From Leptospira sp. (GTDB taxonomy: Bacteria > Spirochaetota > Leptospiria > Leptospirales > Leptospiraceae): 64,000 bases of DNA. The notes beneath the pieces are model-generated. The model was not told the DNA's origin. It did no database searches and saw only the letters and a program-made list of their open reading frames with translations. Both the position numbers and the translations under genes were made by a program. The DNA is taken from positions 371,681 through 435,680 of the forward strand of contig JAWXAQ010000027.1 in NCBI GenBank assembly GCA_034439575.1. The letters are read 5' to 3'. This document shows, piece by piece, positions 1-9,787 of this stretch (position 1 is the stretch's first letter; each line of letters starts with the position of its first letter).

Positions 1-1334
1 TCCCCGAGAATTTTAACGTCCAAACCTTGCGCCCAGTCTGCTCTGGTATGAGCCCCAACGCCCCATGGATTGGAATTGTTTTCCATATTTGTGAAGGCTT
101 TTTGTAATTCTGGACTCATTTTTGATTCAGCAAGAACCAAATGTCGTCTCATTTCAATGATCGCATTTACTTGGTTATTTCCAACGGGACATGCTTCAAC
201 GCACGCATAACAAGTCGTACATCCCCAAATGGATTCTTCGCTTAGCCCATCATGTGAATTGATCACTCCCGTGTCGATTGCTGCAACGGCTTCCTGCGCT
301 TCCTCTCTAGTTTTGCCCATACGAGCTTTGTCAACTTCAGGCATTTTTTCAAGTAACTGATGTTTTAGTTCGACGATGATTGCTTTTGGATTTAACATTT
401 TGCCAGTTCTGTTCGCTGGGCATTCCACTTGACAACGACCACATTCGATACAAGACATACCATCCAATAAATTTGGCCATGGGAAGTCTTCTACGCGATT
501 TGATCCCCAGACTGCATTTTCATCATCTAAGTTTAACTTTGATAATTGGCCTTTAGGAGTATTTGTCGCAAAAAAGTAGTTAATCGGTGCAAAAATTAAA
601 TGAGCATGTTTTGAAGTCGGAACATACAACATAAATGCAAATACTGTAAAGATATGACCCCACCACATAATTTGGAAAACCATATCAGCACTAGAATTGG
701 AAATACCAATGGCTTCCCAAATTTTTCCAAGTCCACCATCAATAAGTCCTGCATGAGTATAATATTCTGCAGCTACAGTTTTCGCACCATTTCCAAGTAA
801 GGTGGTCACCATCAGAGTCGCAATCATACTAATGACGATCGCAGAAGCAGGTGAGTGAACATCGAGTCCTTTTGCTTTTTTGATCCATCGTCTCCAAGCA
901 AAAAACCCGAGACCTGTAAGAACAAGAATGGATACAAAATTTACGATTTGTTCATATATGTGATTTGCAGATTCACCAAAAAGAAAATTTGGTAACATGA
1001 ATTTATAAGGATCATCCATCGCATAACCAAAAGTACCTGCGATGATTTGGCTTGTCGTATGAATGGTATAAACCAAAAAGCCATAAAAGATAAAAGCATG
1101 CATAATCCCACGAAGTGGTTCTCTGAAATTTTTCTTTTGGAGAACTACATTTTCAATGAAACTTTTAATTCGAAAAGGTAGGTTAAGATCTTTTAACGCA
1201 TCTTCGTTAAAGGAAGCTGGTCTTCCCTGGAAAATGAGTCGAAGTCGGTAGATGATAGCTCGAACAAAAACTATGTTCGCTACGATAAAGAAAGCTGAAA
1301 AGATTATGTGAAAGAGAATTCTTCCGATATCCAT
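1..1334 (-). CDS. Membrane-bound Fe-S oxidoreductase (FadF/GlpC/HdrD-like), runs off the left edge
   Basis: Not in the ORF track; translated manually from ATG at 1334 (MDIGRILFHIIF...). Several TM helices, then ferredoxin motifs CIECGRCQVECP and CTTCYACVEACP, and NSNPWG. Frame open to position 1. Confidence 0.85.
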   Translation of the reverse strand, partial: MDIGRILFHIIFSAFFIVANIVFVRAIIYRLRLIFQGRPASFNEDALKDLNLPFRIKSFIENVVLQKKNFREPLRGIMHAFIFYGFLVYTIHTTSQIIAGTFGYAMDDPYKFMLPNFLFGESANHIYEQIVNFVSILVLTGLGFFAWRRWIKKAKGLDVHSPASAIVISMIATLMVTTLLGNGAKTVAAEYYTHAGLIDGGLGKIWEAIGISNSSADMVFQIMWWGHIFTVFAFMLYVPTSKHAHLIFAPINYFFATNTPKGQLSKLNLDDENAVWGSNRVEDFPWPNLLDGMSCIECGRCQVECPANRTGKMLNPKAIIVELKHQLLEKMPEVDKARMGKTREEAQEAVAAIDTGVINSHDGLSEESIWGCTTCYACVEACPVGNNQVNAIIEMRRHLVLAESKMSPELQKAFTNMENNSNPWGVGAHTRADWAQGLDVKILG

Positions 1335-1518
1335 TTATATTTAAGCCCTTAAGGTGTTGGTATTTCCTAGGATTTCCATAGAAAAATGAATGTCCAGGAA
1401 AATTCAGTTTTTAATATGATTAGAGAGTGAATTCTTATGTCAAAGCTAGGTAAGCATGATTCCAGATAGTTTCCAATTTTTACAAAGTAATCCTTGAGAT
1501 GCCATTCTGATAAAAGCA

Positions 1519-2556
1519 TTGGACGGGGAAAGAATTTCCAAGGAAGAAGCTCTTCTCCTTTATGAAGAAGCTGATTTCTTAAAGATTCAGATGACTGCCC
1601 GGGCTCTCCGTGAACGGATAAGGCCCGCAACAGAGGCAAGTTATACCATGTTCCGTGTTGTCAATTACACAAATTATTGCAATGTCGAATGCAATTTTTG
1701 CTCCTTTATGGATGAAATTGGCAATGGAAAGGGATATGTTCTTACAAAAGAAGATATTTTACAAAAAATGGGATATTCCATGGAAATGGGAGCCGACCAG
1801 ATGTTTTTGCAAGGTGGCGTTTACCCAGAGATTCCCTATGAATACTATCTCGATGTGATTCGTTCTGTCAAAGAGCGGTTTCCGTCTATGCACATTCGTG
1901 CCTTTTCTCCCGTCGAAATTATCAATTTAGAAACCATAACTGGACGTCCGCTAAAAGATATTTTAATCGAATTAAAATCGGTAGGACTTGATTCCGTTCC
2001 CGGCGCTGGGGCAGAAATTCTAACGGAAAGAATGCGCCGAATCATTTCCCCAAAAAAGGCGACTGTTTCTGAATGGGTAAGAGCCATGGAAACCTGCCAT
2101 GAAGTAGGATTATTCGGTTCTGCTAATATTGTGTTTGGTTCAGAAGAAACACAAGAGGAAGTCATAGATCACTTGCAGGTGATTCGTGATTTGCAAGATC
2201 GAACGGGAGGATTTTTATCTTTTATCCCTTGGACTTTCCAGCCCCAAACCAAACGTTTTAAAGTAAGAAATGTCCCGACACATGAATACCTAAAAGTACT
2301 CGGGATTTGCAGAATCTTTTTGGATAACATCAAACATATCGAAACGTCTGTGATGGTGCTCGGAAAAGGTGTTGGCCAACTGGCGCTTTTCAGTGGAGCC
2401 GACGATATTTCTTCTGTGGTCATTGAAGAAAACGTATTACGATCCTTTGGTCTTAAAACGGAAAAAGAAGCACAGAAATTTTTAATAGAAGGTGGCTTTA
2501 AACCAATTCGAAGGGATTTATTTTATAAAGAAAAAGAAATCATTCTGCAAACATAG
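1519..2556 (+). CDS. mqnC: Cyclic dehypoxanthinyl futalosine synthase (radical SAM, CofH/MqnC family)
   Basis: [15 protein letters not shown] CxxxCxxC motif, [27 protein letters not shown]...EENV. The start is uncertain (see finding on the TGA at 1495). Confidence 0.85.
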   Translation: MDGERISKEEALLLYEEADFLKIQMTARALRERIRPATEASYTMFRVVNYTNYCNVECNFCSFMDEIGNGKGYVLTKEDILQKMGYSMEMGADQMFLQGGVYPEIPYEYYLDVIRSVKERFPSMHIRAFSPVEIINLETITGRPLKDILIELKSVGLDSVPGAGAEILTERMRRIISPKKATVSEWVRAMETCHEVGLFGSANIVFGSEETQEEVIDHLQVIRDLQDRTGGFLSFIPWTFQPQTKRFKVRNVPTHEYLKVLGICRIFLDNIKHIETSVMVLGKGVGQLALFSGADDISSVVIEENVLRSFGLKTEKEAQKFLIEGGFKPIRRDLFYKEKEIILQT

Positions 2557-2557
2557 T

Positions 2558-3772
2558 TTAACTATGTTTGGCAGGTTCATTCGATGGGAGAATGGTAATA
2601 CGATTACGACCTGCATTCTTAGAAGCATAGAGAGCGGAATCAATTTTATGATACAACTCATCAAATGTAGGATCTTCGCTGGATAAAAACATAGTGGCCC
2701 CAATAGATACAGTGATACGAATCGTATCACCAGCATGATTATAGACGGGAATGCGCAAAACTTCAATTTTTTCCCGAATACTTTCTGTTAGTGTTTCCAA
2801 TCCTTCTTTATCAACAGGAGAAGCGAGGATACAAAATTCATCCCCACCAATGCGAGCCGCTATATCAGTCGACCTAACTCTAGTGCGAAGGGTTTTACCG
2901 AAAGCTTGGATCGCAAGGTCACCTTGTTTGTGACCATATTTGTCATTGATTTGTTTTAGGTGGTCCAAATCCAAAATGACAAGACCGATTTGAAATCCTT
3001 CTCTTTTGGAACGTTTTTTATATAAATCAAATTGTTCGAGCAGGTGACGCCTGTTATATAGATCAGTCATGGAATCAGTTCTAGATAAATCATGGATTTT
3101 CTGATTGATCTTTAAAAGTTTACCCACCGTGATTCGCAATTTGATTTTGGCACGGTATTCTTCAAAACGCCAATAATTAATTAACAGATTTGCCGTAAAC
3201 CCGACACCTAACAAAAAAGTAACGATCAAAACGTCTTGATAGAAAATGAAACGATCAAAGCCCAAAATCTGGGAAAAATTTAAATGTAAGGGAATAAAAA
3301 TACAAAGGAACAAAACAGATAACAGAAAAATTCGAATGGGCTCTAACCAGAGTATGATGGCAGAACTAGCAAGGACTATGGCTGAACCAAACAGATAATA
3401 AGAATGGTTTGGTTTATCAAAAACCATCATCGGGATATAAATGAGAATCATCGATGTGATAAAAAAGCCAGTAAATGAAAAGATATGTCTTTCAAAGAAT
3501 CGAAATCGTTTTTTAGCAAAGATATAAGCAGTAAAACAAATAGCAAGTGCCGAGATTCTAAAAAAGGAAATCCAAAAAGTCGCTTCCTTGGTACGAACCA
3601 GTGAATCCACAAAAAATAAAGATACCATAGAGGTAAATGCACTTAAGACCCCAAAAATCATCACTGAAGAACGAATATCAGAAAAATTTGTAGCTATAAA
3701 TGTAGGGTGGTAGGTACGTAAAAACAACTTACGAATGATAAATAGAAATCTACGTGCATTGTATTTGCGCAT
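2558..3772 (-). CDS. Membrane-bound diguanylate cyclase
   Basis: About 6 N-terminal TM helices; D-x-x-T-x-L-Y-N-R-R, DLDHLKQINDKYGH, intact GGDEF with RxxD I-site (RSTD). Confidence 0.92.
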   Translation of the reverse strand: MRKYNARRFLFIIRKLFLRTYHPTFIATNFSDIRSSVMIFGVLSAFTSMVSLFFVDSLVRTKEATFWISFFRISALAICFTAYIFAKKRFRFFERHIFSFTGFFITSMILIYIPMMVFDKPNHSYYLFGSAIVLASSAIILWLEPIRIFLLSVLFLCIFIPLHLNFSQILGFDRFIFYQDVLIVTFLLGVGFTANLLINYWRFEEYRAKIKLRITVGKLLKINQKIHDLSRTDSMTDLYNRRHLLEQFDLYKKRSKREGFQIGLVILDLDHLKQINDKYGHKQGDLAIQAFGKTLRTRVRSTDIAARIGGDEFCILASPVDKEGLETLTESIREKIEVLRIPVYNHAGDTIRITVSIGATMFLSSEDPTFDELYHKIDSALYASKNAGRNRITILPSNEPAKHS

Positions 3773-3829
3773 ATGGCCTAGCTTTCAAGAATAATTGTAA
3801 GAGTTAAGAATTGCAAGTAATAAGGGATT

Positions 3830-4666
3830 TTAAAAGAGGATTACTTTGCGCGAATTTTTGACTAAGACATCAGGAAGAGACATACCATCGCCACCGAGAC
3901 TTCTCAATCTTTTATTTCCTACATAGAGTATAACGCCCTTGATTCCAAAATTTCCTATCAAACTATAACAAATTTGATCCAATCGATCTTTTAAGATTTC
4001 AGGACTTCCCCCGAATTCTAATTCTTTTGAGAAAGAAACATGCAGTATCCCCTCATCTAGTTTGTAGTTTGTGTCAAATTTAATTCTTTTTGGTAAAGAA
4101 TTCAACACACCTTTTGTTTTTTCCTCTGGACTTGGGCCACGAAGTAATTCACTTAAAATAAAGGAAATCGGATCTCCACCAGGAAATTGGCGAATGACTT
4201 TCACAAGTTGGGATTGGCTATTTTTTCCCTGCCCATAAAATTTTAAAAAATAAATCGGGAGATAAGCGGGGGATTCCTGCAATTTATTTCCGCTACTTCG
4301 AAATGTATCTTCAGGAAGTGTTACTTCTGGAATTGAATTACTATCATCTAACTTTTGTTTATTTGCACTTACTGAAGTTGTATTGGTAATAGGAATTGTG
4401 TTTTCTAATGCTTCTTCTTCCCAAGCTAAATCGTCTTCCCATTCATTTCCAAGGAAAGGATCGTTTGTTCTTTCTGAAAAAGTGGGATTTTTATTTAAAG
4501 AGGAATTACCTAAATTGCGAAAGCTTTCTTTACTCCAATTGGCAGGCATAGTACCGCCAGAAAATCCTAAGGATTTTTCAATCAGTACAAGTACAAATAA
4601 AAGTCCCCCAATCATATAAGAAAGGGATTTCAATTTATCGCTTGGTTGTGGAGGAAGAGGTGCCAC
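3830..4666 (-). CDS. GerMN domain membrane protein
   Basis: N-terminal TM helix; C-terminal ELLRGPSPEE...L.QICYSL...V.LYV pattern typical of GerMN. Confidence 0.75.
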   Translation of the reverse strand: MAPLPPQPSDKLKSLSYMIGGLLFVLVLIEKSLGFSGGTMPANWSKESFRNLGNSSLNKNPTFSERTNDPFLGNEWEDDLAWEEEALENTIPITNTTSVSANKQKLDDSNSIPEVTLPEDTFRSSGNKLQESPAYLPIYFLKFYGQGKNSQSQLVKVIRQFPGGDPISFILSELLRGPSPEEKTKGVLNSLPKRIKFDTNYKLDEGILHVSFSKELEFGGSPEILKDRLDQICYSLIGNFGIKGVILYVGNKRLRSLGGDGMSLPDVLVKNSRKVILF

Positions 4667-4699
4667 ACTCTAATGATCGGAAGGATACAAACTTATTGT

Positions 4700-5383
4700 T
4701 TAAAAAAACTCTTTTAAGGCAGGAAGATCTTGGAATTCCCATTCAAAATTGGGAATTTCGCCAGCAGTCGCATGGCCATAGGAACAATATCCGAATTTAC
4801 AGCCATTTTGTCTCGCCGCTTCCCAATCGCTAAATCTATCTCCGATCAGAGCAATAGATTCAGGTGAAAAATTATATTTTTTGATGTACTCAGACAGAAT
4901 ATCTCCTTTTGTGCAGATATTTTCCTGATTGATCACTAAAATAGGCTCAAAGTAAGCCAAAACGCCCGCAGTTTCCAATACGGTTTCCACATAGGCTCTT
5001 CTACCGTTGGAGGCACAAGTGATGGTATAACCTTTTTCTTTTAAATAATGAATTGTGGAGCCGACACCTGCATAAAAATCTCCGCCACCATTACGGATGG
5101 AATCGCAGAGTAGTTCCAGAACACGGGTAGAAATAGTTTCTCTTTCGCCTTCTGGGAGAGTCGGTAATAGATTGGCAAAAATTTCTCGGACGGGTTTTCC
5201 GATTTGATGCATAATTTCTTCATGCGTCGGAAGATTTGTAATTTTTCCCGTTTTACTGGCAAACTCTTCGATTGCCTGCACATAGGTCTTGAAGATTATG
5301 GATTCAGAGGAAAAAAGAGTGCCGTCGACATCGAAGGCTAACATTTTAATTTCTCCGGGAAAATTTCCAAGCATTAAAGTCAT
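4700..5383 (-). CDS. HAD-superfamily hydrolase (phosphoglycolate phosphatase-like)
   Basis: FDVDGTL motif I, ASNG motif II, K, IGDRFSD motif IV. Start placed at ATG 5383 (uncertain). Confidence 0.85.
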   Translation of the reverse strand: MTLMLGNFPGEIKMLAFDVDGTLFSSESIIFKTYVQAIEEFASKTGKITNLPTHEEIMHQIGKPVREIFANLLPTLPEGERETISTRVLELLCDSIRNGGGDFYAGVGSTIHYLKEKGYTITCASNGRRAYVETVLETAGVLAYFEPILVINQENICTKGDILSEYIKKYNFSPESIALIGDRFSDWEAARQNGCKFGYCSYGHATAGEIPNFEWEFQDLPALKEFF

Positions 5384-5426
5384 AAAAGAATTTGGCAATC
5401 AGAAGGCAAGTAAGGAATTCAGTGTT

Positions 5427-6650
5427 ATGTTATCCTTTTCTTCAAACGAAGAAATATTAAAAAATCGAGAAAATTTGTATTTGCGAACAGATTGGACGGA
5501 TCCAAATTCGCAGCTTCAAAATCGCATTCGCGCGAAAGATCTTTCCCTTTATTTTGCACTTACTGATTCAGAAATTTTGGGAATTCAGGACACGATTCGA
5601 CTCAATGTATCAACGACTCCTTATTATTTAAAACTTTCTGATCCCTTTAATCCCCATTGTCCCATACGTAGAATGATCGTTCCTGATTCTAAAGAAACAA
5701 TTCTTTCACACGAGGAATCACCCGATCCATTACATGAAGAGCGCTTATCTCCTGTTAGGGGGATAACACATATGTATCCGAATCGAGTTTTATTATTTTC
5801 AAATCATTCTTGCAGTGTCTATTGTCGTCATTGTATGCGTGGAAGAAAGGTGTCTGACTCCGAAGAAAGGATGACCAAGGAAGATTTAGAAGCGGCAATT
5901 GATTACATTCGAAAAACAAAAGAGATAGAAGATGTGGTCATTAGCGGTGGTGACCCACTTAACTTGGCTGATGCGAGAATAGATTGGATACTTGGTGAAT
6001 TAGAATCCATAGATCATGTGAAAATTTGTAGGCTTGGGACAAGAAATCCTGTGACTTTGCCTTTTCGCATCACGAAAGAGTTATGCGATATAATAGAAAA
6101 GCACAACACCGAGAAATTATCTATATTTTGTAACACGCAATTCAATCATCCACTAGAATGTACCCCTGAGGCAAAAATAGCCATCTTCTCCTTGTTAAAG
6201 GCTGGAGTTTCGGTAGGGAACCAAGCGGTCTTATTAAAAGGAATCAATAACGATCCAGAGATCATGTTATCATTACATAAAAAATTATTAGAAATGCGAG
6301 TCAGGGCTTATTATTTATACGATCCAGAATTGATTCCAGGTTCAAGAGGATTTAGGACACCTCTAGGAAAAGGAATAGAAATTATAGAATATATGCGGGG
6401 AAAAATTTCAGGAATGGGCATTCCACAGTTTGTAAATGATTTACCTGGGGGTGGTGGAAAAATAACCATGTCACCTAACTGGTATTTGGGTTATTATGAA
6501 AAAACAAGACAACATGCCTTTGTTTCTGCCATCACAGGAAAAATTCATTTTTCCTATGAACCCATTGATGCTGAAAATAATTATAACTATAAAAAGATAA
6601 CAGAAGAAATGTGGGAAACATATCATGAAAACGATACTTCTCGCAGTTGA
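5427..6650 (+). CDS. KamA-family radical SAM/PLP aminomutase (lysine 2,3-aminomutase-like)
   Basis: [45 protein letters not shown] lysine motif PGGGGK. ATG 5427 is preceded by TAAGGA; the track start at 5289 overlaps the HAD gene. Confidence 0.9.
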   Translation: MLSFSSNEEILKNRENLYLRTDWTDPNSQLQNRIRAKDLSLYFALTDSEILGIQDTIRLNVSTTPYYLKLSDPFNPHCPIRRMIVPDSKETILSHEESPDPLHEERLSPVRGITHMYPNRVLLFSNHSCSVYCRHCMRGRKVSDSEERMTKEDLEAAIDYIRKTKEIEDVVISGGDPLNLADARIDWILGELESIDHVKICRLGTRNPVTLPFRITKELCDIIEKHNTEKLSIFCNTQFNHPLECTPEAKIAIFSLLKAGVSVGNQAVLLKGINNDPEIMLSLHKKLLEMRVRAYYLYDPELIPGSRGFRTPLGKGIEIIEYMRGKISGMGIPQFVNDLPGGGGKITMSPNWYLGYYEKTRQHAFVSAITGKIHFSYEPIDAENNYNYKKITEEMWETYHENDTSRS

Positions 6651-7629
6651 TATCTATGAAAATGGACCAAAACTTTGGAATCAGGAATGGGAATCGAAAG
6701 ATTCCATTCTCGGGATAAAAGATGCCCTGATTTCGCTTGGGTATACAGTAGATATTTTGGAAAAACAATCTGAAATTCTCAAATATATTTTAGATTTTAT
6801 AGAAAATCATAATCCAGAAAATTTGACAGTTTTTAACTTGGTCGAAGGATTTCGTTCCAGAAATAGGGAAGCATACATACCTTCGTTATGCGAATATTTA
6901 GGAGTTTCTTATACGGGATCTGATTCTTATTCACAAATTTTGACTCTGGATAAAAATATTAGCAAAACAATAATTAGAGAATTAGGAATATATACACCAA
7001 ACTCTAGTTTGCTGACAAAAGGAAATATTCAAATACACAATCTTTTCTTTCCTTTATTCCTCAAACCAAATGCTGAAGGTTCAAGTCTAGGTATCAATGC
7101 CAATAATATAGTTGAAGATAGGGAAGGATTTAATTTAGTTTTGACAGACCTATTTAAAAACTTCGATGAAGTTTTGGTAGAAGAATTTGTTGATGGAGAA
7201 GATCTAACGATTGGATTACTCGGATATGAAGGTAAGTATTTCATAACGGAAGGCGCCCGCATCTCTTATGAAGATGAAGTTTATTCGGAAAATATTAAAT
7301 CTAAAGAAGGTAGACCTGAACGATTGCATTTTGATGTATCTGATCAAATCAACAAACAATTGAAAGAGATTGTTTTAAAAATCGCCTATCGAATGAAGAT
7401 ACTTGGACCTGCAAGGTTTGACTTCAGATTGCAAGCAGAGAAATTATTTTTTTTGGAGATCAACCTGACTCCCGGTTTATCTTCGATTTATTCCACCTTA
7501 CCAATCCTTTGCGAAAAATCAGGTCTAACGTATTCACAAATGATGACATTTATTCTTGAATCTAGTGATTGGAATTATAAAAACAATCTTTCTTTTTCTT
7601 ATGGGAAACGAGGAATTTCTTATGCATGA
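6625..7629 (+). CDS. D-Ala-D-Ala ligase-like ATP-grasp amide ligase
   Basis: YTGSD...[31 protein letters not shown]. Has FNLVEG..R instead of the HG..GEDG motif of true Ddl. Overlaps the aminomutase gene. Confidence 0.85.
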   Translation: MKTILLAVDIYENGPKLWNQEWESKDSILGIKDALISLGYTVDILEKQSEILKYILDFIENHNPENLTVFNLVEGFRSRNREAYIPSLCEYLGVSYTGSDSYSQILTLDKNISKTIIRELGIYTPNSSLLTKGNIQIHNLFFPLFLKPNAEGSSLGINANNIVEDREGFNLVLTDLFKNFDEVLVEEFVDGEDLTIGLLGYEGKYFITEGARISYEDEVYSENIKSKEGRPERLHFDVSDQINKQLKEIVLKIAYRMKILGPARFDFRLQAEKLFFLEINLTPGLSSIYSTLPILCEKSGLTYSQMMTFILESSDWNYKNNLSFSYGKRGISYA

Positions 7630-8302
7630 TTTTTTATTGTCCTTACAGTCCGATGTGAAAGAACATTCGGTCCTTAAACATCCTTGGCTCAAGTCCAGGG
7701 AAAAAGCTATCAACTTACAAGACTTAATTTATTGGCTGTCACAGGAATATTTTGTTTCGATAGGATTCGTAGATTGGTTTTTAAAAGTAGCGGCAAAAAC
7801 TTCAAATCAATATGCAAAAATAGTTTTGGTTCAAAATATTTGGGAAGAACTAGGGGAAGGTGATCTTGGTCAAACCCATGTTTCTATTCTAGAACAATTT
7901 TTGCTCAAACTAGGTATTGACCCGAAAAAAAATGAAATTTTTCCTGAAACTGCTTCTTACTTAAATGATATGGAAGATATTATTGAAAATGGTTTTTATT
8001 ATGGATTAGGTGCCCTAGGGCCCGCAAATGAATACCTTTTAAAATTAGAATATTCTAAAATATCTGAAAGTTACCAAAGGCTTAGATTAGAGAATAATTT
8101 GCCCGAAGGTAAATTTTTCCAAGTGAATCTAGATGCAGATGAAGGACATAGCAAAAGACTATTTGATTTGATTGCAAGTGTCGCAACCAATGCGAAGGAA
8201 AGAGAAGAAGTATCAATGGGGAACAAACTTGCATTAAACGCTAGAGAACAATTCTATTTTGGCTTGGAGAGGGTTTCTCCAAGCATTTTTAATGTTCACT
8301 AA
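7622..8302 (+). CDS. Heme-oxygenase-like diiron enzyme (TenA/PqqC/CADD superfamily)
   Basis: HPW near the N-terminus, NIWEELG...H, ANE, FFQVNLDADEGH. ATG 7622 with GAGGA RBS, overlapping the ligase stop. Confidence 0.8.
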   Translation: MHDFLLSLQSDVKEHSVLKHPWLKSREKAINLQDLIYWLSQEYFVSIGFVDWFLKVAAKTSNQYAKIVLVQNIWEELGEGDLGQTHVSILEQFLLKLGIDPKKNEIFPETASYLNDMEDIIENGFYYGLGALGPANEYLLKLEYSKISESYQRLRLENNLPEGKFFQVNLDADEGHSKRLFDLIASVATNAKEREEVSMGNKLALNAREQFYFGLERVSPSIFNVH

Positions 8303-8637
8303 AGTTTATGTCTGATTTTTTTTAATAAAACAAAGAGAAACATTCCCATAAAGGGGACAAGCGGCAAATAAAGTAAAAACACTAAATATTTGTATTTTTT
8401 GGTAAAATGCAGTAATTTTCGAAAAGCAAAAAAACCTGGGTAACGAATTCCATTGTAAACAAATTGGACTTCACCTTGGCATTTTTCATAAGTCAATTCG
8501 GAATGGATTTTTAATAAATCAGTTTCTTTCAGATCATGATAAGATAAAAATTCTATATCACTCGTTTGTTTTTTAAGATATGTCGCAAGTCGTAGACAAA
8601 AATCACAATTTCCATCAAAGATAAAGTACCTGTTCAT
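8299..8637 (-). CDS. DCC1-like thiol-disulfide oxidoreductase (DUF393)
   Basis: N-terminal FDGNCDFC (DxxCxxC) motif, 112 aa. Confidence 0.8.
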   Translation of the reverse strand: MNRYFIFDGNCDFCLRLATYLKKQTSDIEFLSYHDLKETDLLKIHSELTYEKCQGEVQFVYNGIRYPGFFAFRKLLHFTKKYKYLVFLLYLPLVPFMGMFLFVLLKKIRHKL

Positions 8638-8644
8638 TTAATAT

Positions 8645-9787
8645 TTAAAAAAAATCTTCAGGCATATTTTTTAAAAATTGTATCACTTCAGGAATTTGTT
8701 CTCTCGGCATTTCAAGCCAATAGTAATACCATGTATCATCTTTTTCAATCCCTTGTGCCACTTTCATATACCATTTGTTGATGTTATTGTTTGGTTTTGC
8801 CCGCCAAAATAAGGGAAGGGTTTCTTTTAATATTAAATCCCAAATATCTCTGCCAACGCCCGCACCCCTTGCCGTTTCATTGACTGCAAATTTTGATAGT
8901 AAATAGCCGTATTTTGTTTTGTTTAACCAAGCACATCCTTGGTATGAGTCTTCTAAATATAATACATCAAATTTAGATTTTTTGAAATCCTCATTTAACT
9001 TTTTTTTGAAACTATTTTCAATGAGTAAAAAAAGTTGGGTAGAATTGACTTCGCTAAAGTCTAGGCATTTAAGAATTTTATTCTCGCGTTTAACTAAGGT
9101 TCCACTTCCTTTAACAGTAAATAGTTCGCGAAGTAATGTATAAGGTGATGTAAGAACCACTGTAAATTTAGGATCATTGCATTTTTGGACTAATGATTCT
9201 GCCAAAACTAAAAATTGTATGTCTCTATCTGATTCCGAAAGGGAACTATTTGATTTGTAACTTTCTAAGATTTCTCCAGTAGGTATAAGAGATATGACCT
9301 TTCCCGTATCTTCATTATATATTGGTCCATCGTGATGAAGTTGTATCACCTTATTGATGTTTAGTGATTTTATTATTTTTAGAATAAATGCATCTAATAA
9401 AAAATTCGATTTATTCCATATTAATATGGGTATTCGTTTGTGTTGGATAGATTCTTTTACTTGTATAAAGATCGAATTTAAATCAGTGATAATTTGGTAT
9501 GGAAATCCGACTCCAGCACCTGCATTTGATTTTTTGGGAGGAAAAAATAAACTGAGATATTGAACTGATTCTTCTTCCAAAACAAGGACTGGGAATAATT
9601 CAAGACGAGTTAGAAGTTTGATGTCAGAAAATAATGCTTCCGAACTTTCCATGATGGTATTGACATCTGCATAAAGTAAGGCGAAACTTTCTGGTGATAA
9701 GGATTTAAATTCTTCTAAGAAGTGAAGGCCATCGCGAGGATCCCTTGTGATTTCAAAAACTTTGGCGAGTATGTCCTTCGAATTCAT
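8645..9787 (-). CDS. N-acetylglutamate synthase-like protein (degenerate AAK domain + DUF619/NAT domain)
   Basis: ELFTVKGSGTL linker, LSKFAV...ARGAGVGRDIW, LFWRA...INKWY, typical of ArgA-B/vertebrate-type NAGS. Confidence 0.75.
   Translation of the reverse strand: MNSKDILAKVFEITRDPRDGLHFLEEFKSLSPESFALLYADVNTIMESSEALFSDIKLLTRLELFPVLVLEEESVQYLSLFFPPKKSNAGAGVGFPYQIITDLNSIFIQVKESIQHKRIPILIWNKSNFLLDAFILKIIKSLNINKVIQLHHDGPIYNEDTGKVISLIPTGEILESYKSNSSLSESDRDIQFLVLAESLVQKCNDPKFTVVLTSPYTLLRELFTVKGSGTLVKRENKILKCLDFSEVNSTQLFLLIENSFKKKLNEDFKKSKFDVLYLEDSYQGCAWLNKTKYGYLLSKFAVNETARGAGVGRDIWDLILKETLPLFWRAKPNNNINKWYMKVAQGIEKDDTWYYYWLEMPREQIPEVIQFLKNMPEDFF

Noticed and set aside
1495-1540. Selenocysteine recoding of the TGA in mqnC
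   Set aside because: There is no convincing SECIS hairpin downstream, the position is not catalytic, and no sel genes are in the window.
5289-5426. N-terminal extension of the KamA-like ORF in the track
   Set aside because: It overlaps the divergent HAD gene; ATG 5427 has a good RBS.
5427-6650. Calling this gene epmB or kamA
   Set aside because: No efp/epmA or lysine-fermentation genes are nearby and substrate-site residues differ; only the family can be supported.
6625-7629. Calling this gene ddl
   Set aside because: It lacks the GG.S.E and HG..GEDG motifs of true D-Ala-D-Ala ligases and sits in a non-cell-wall context.
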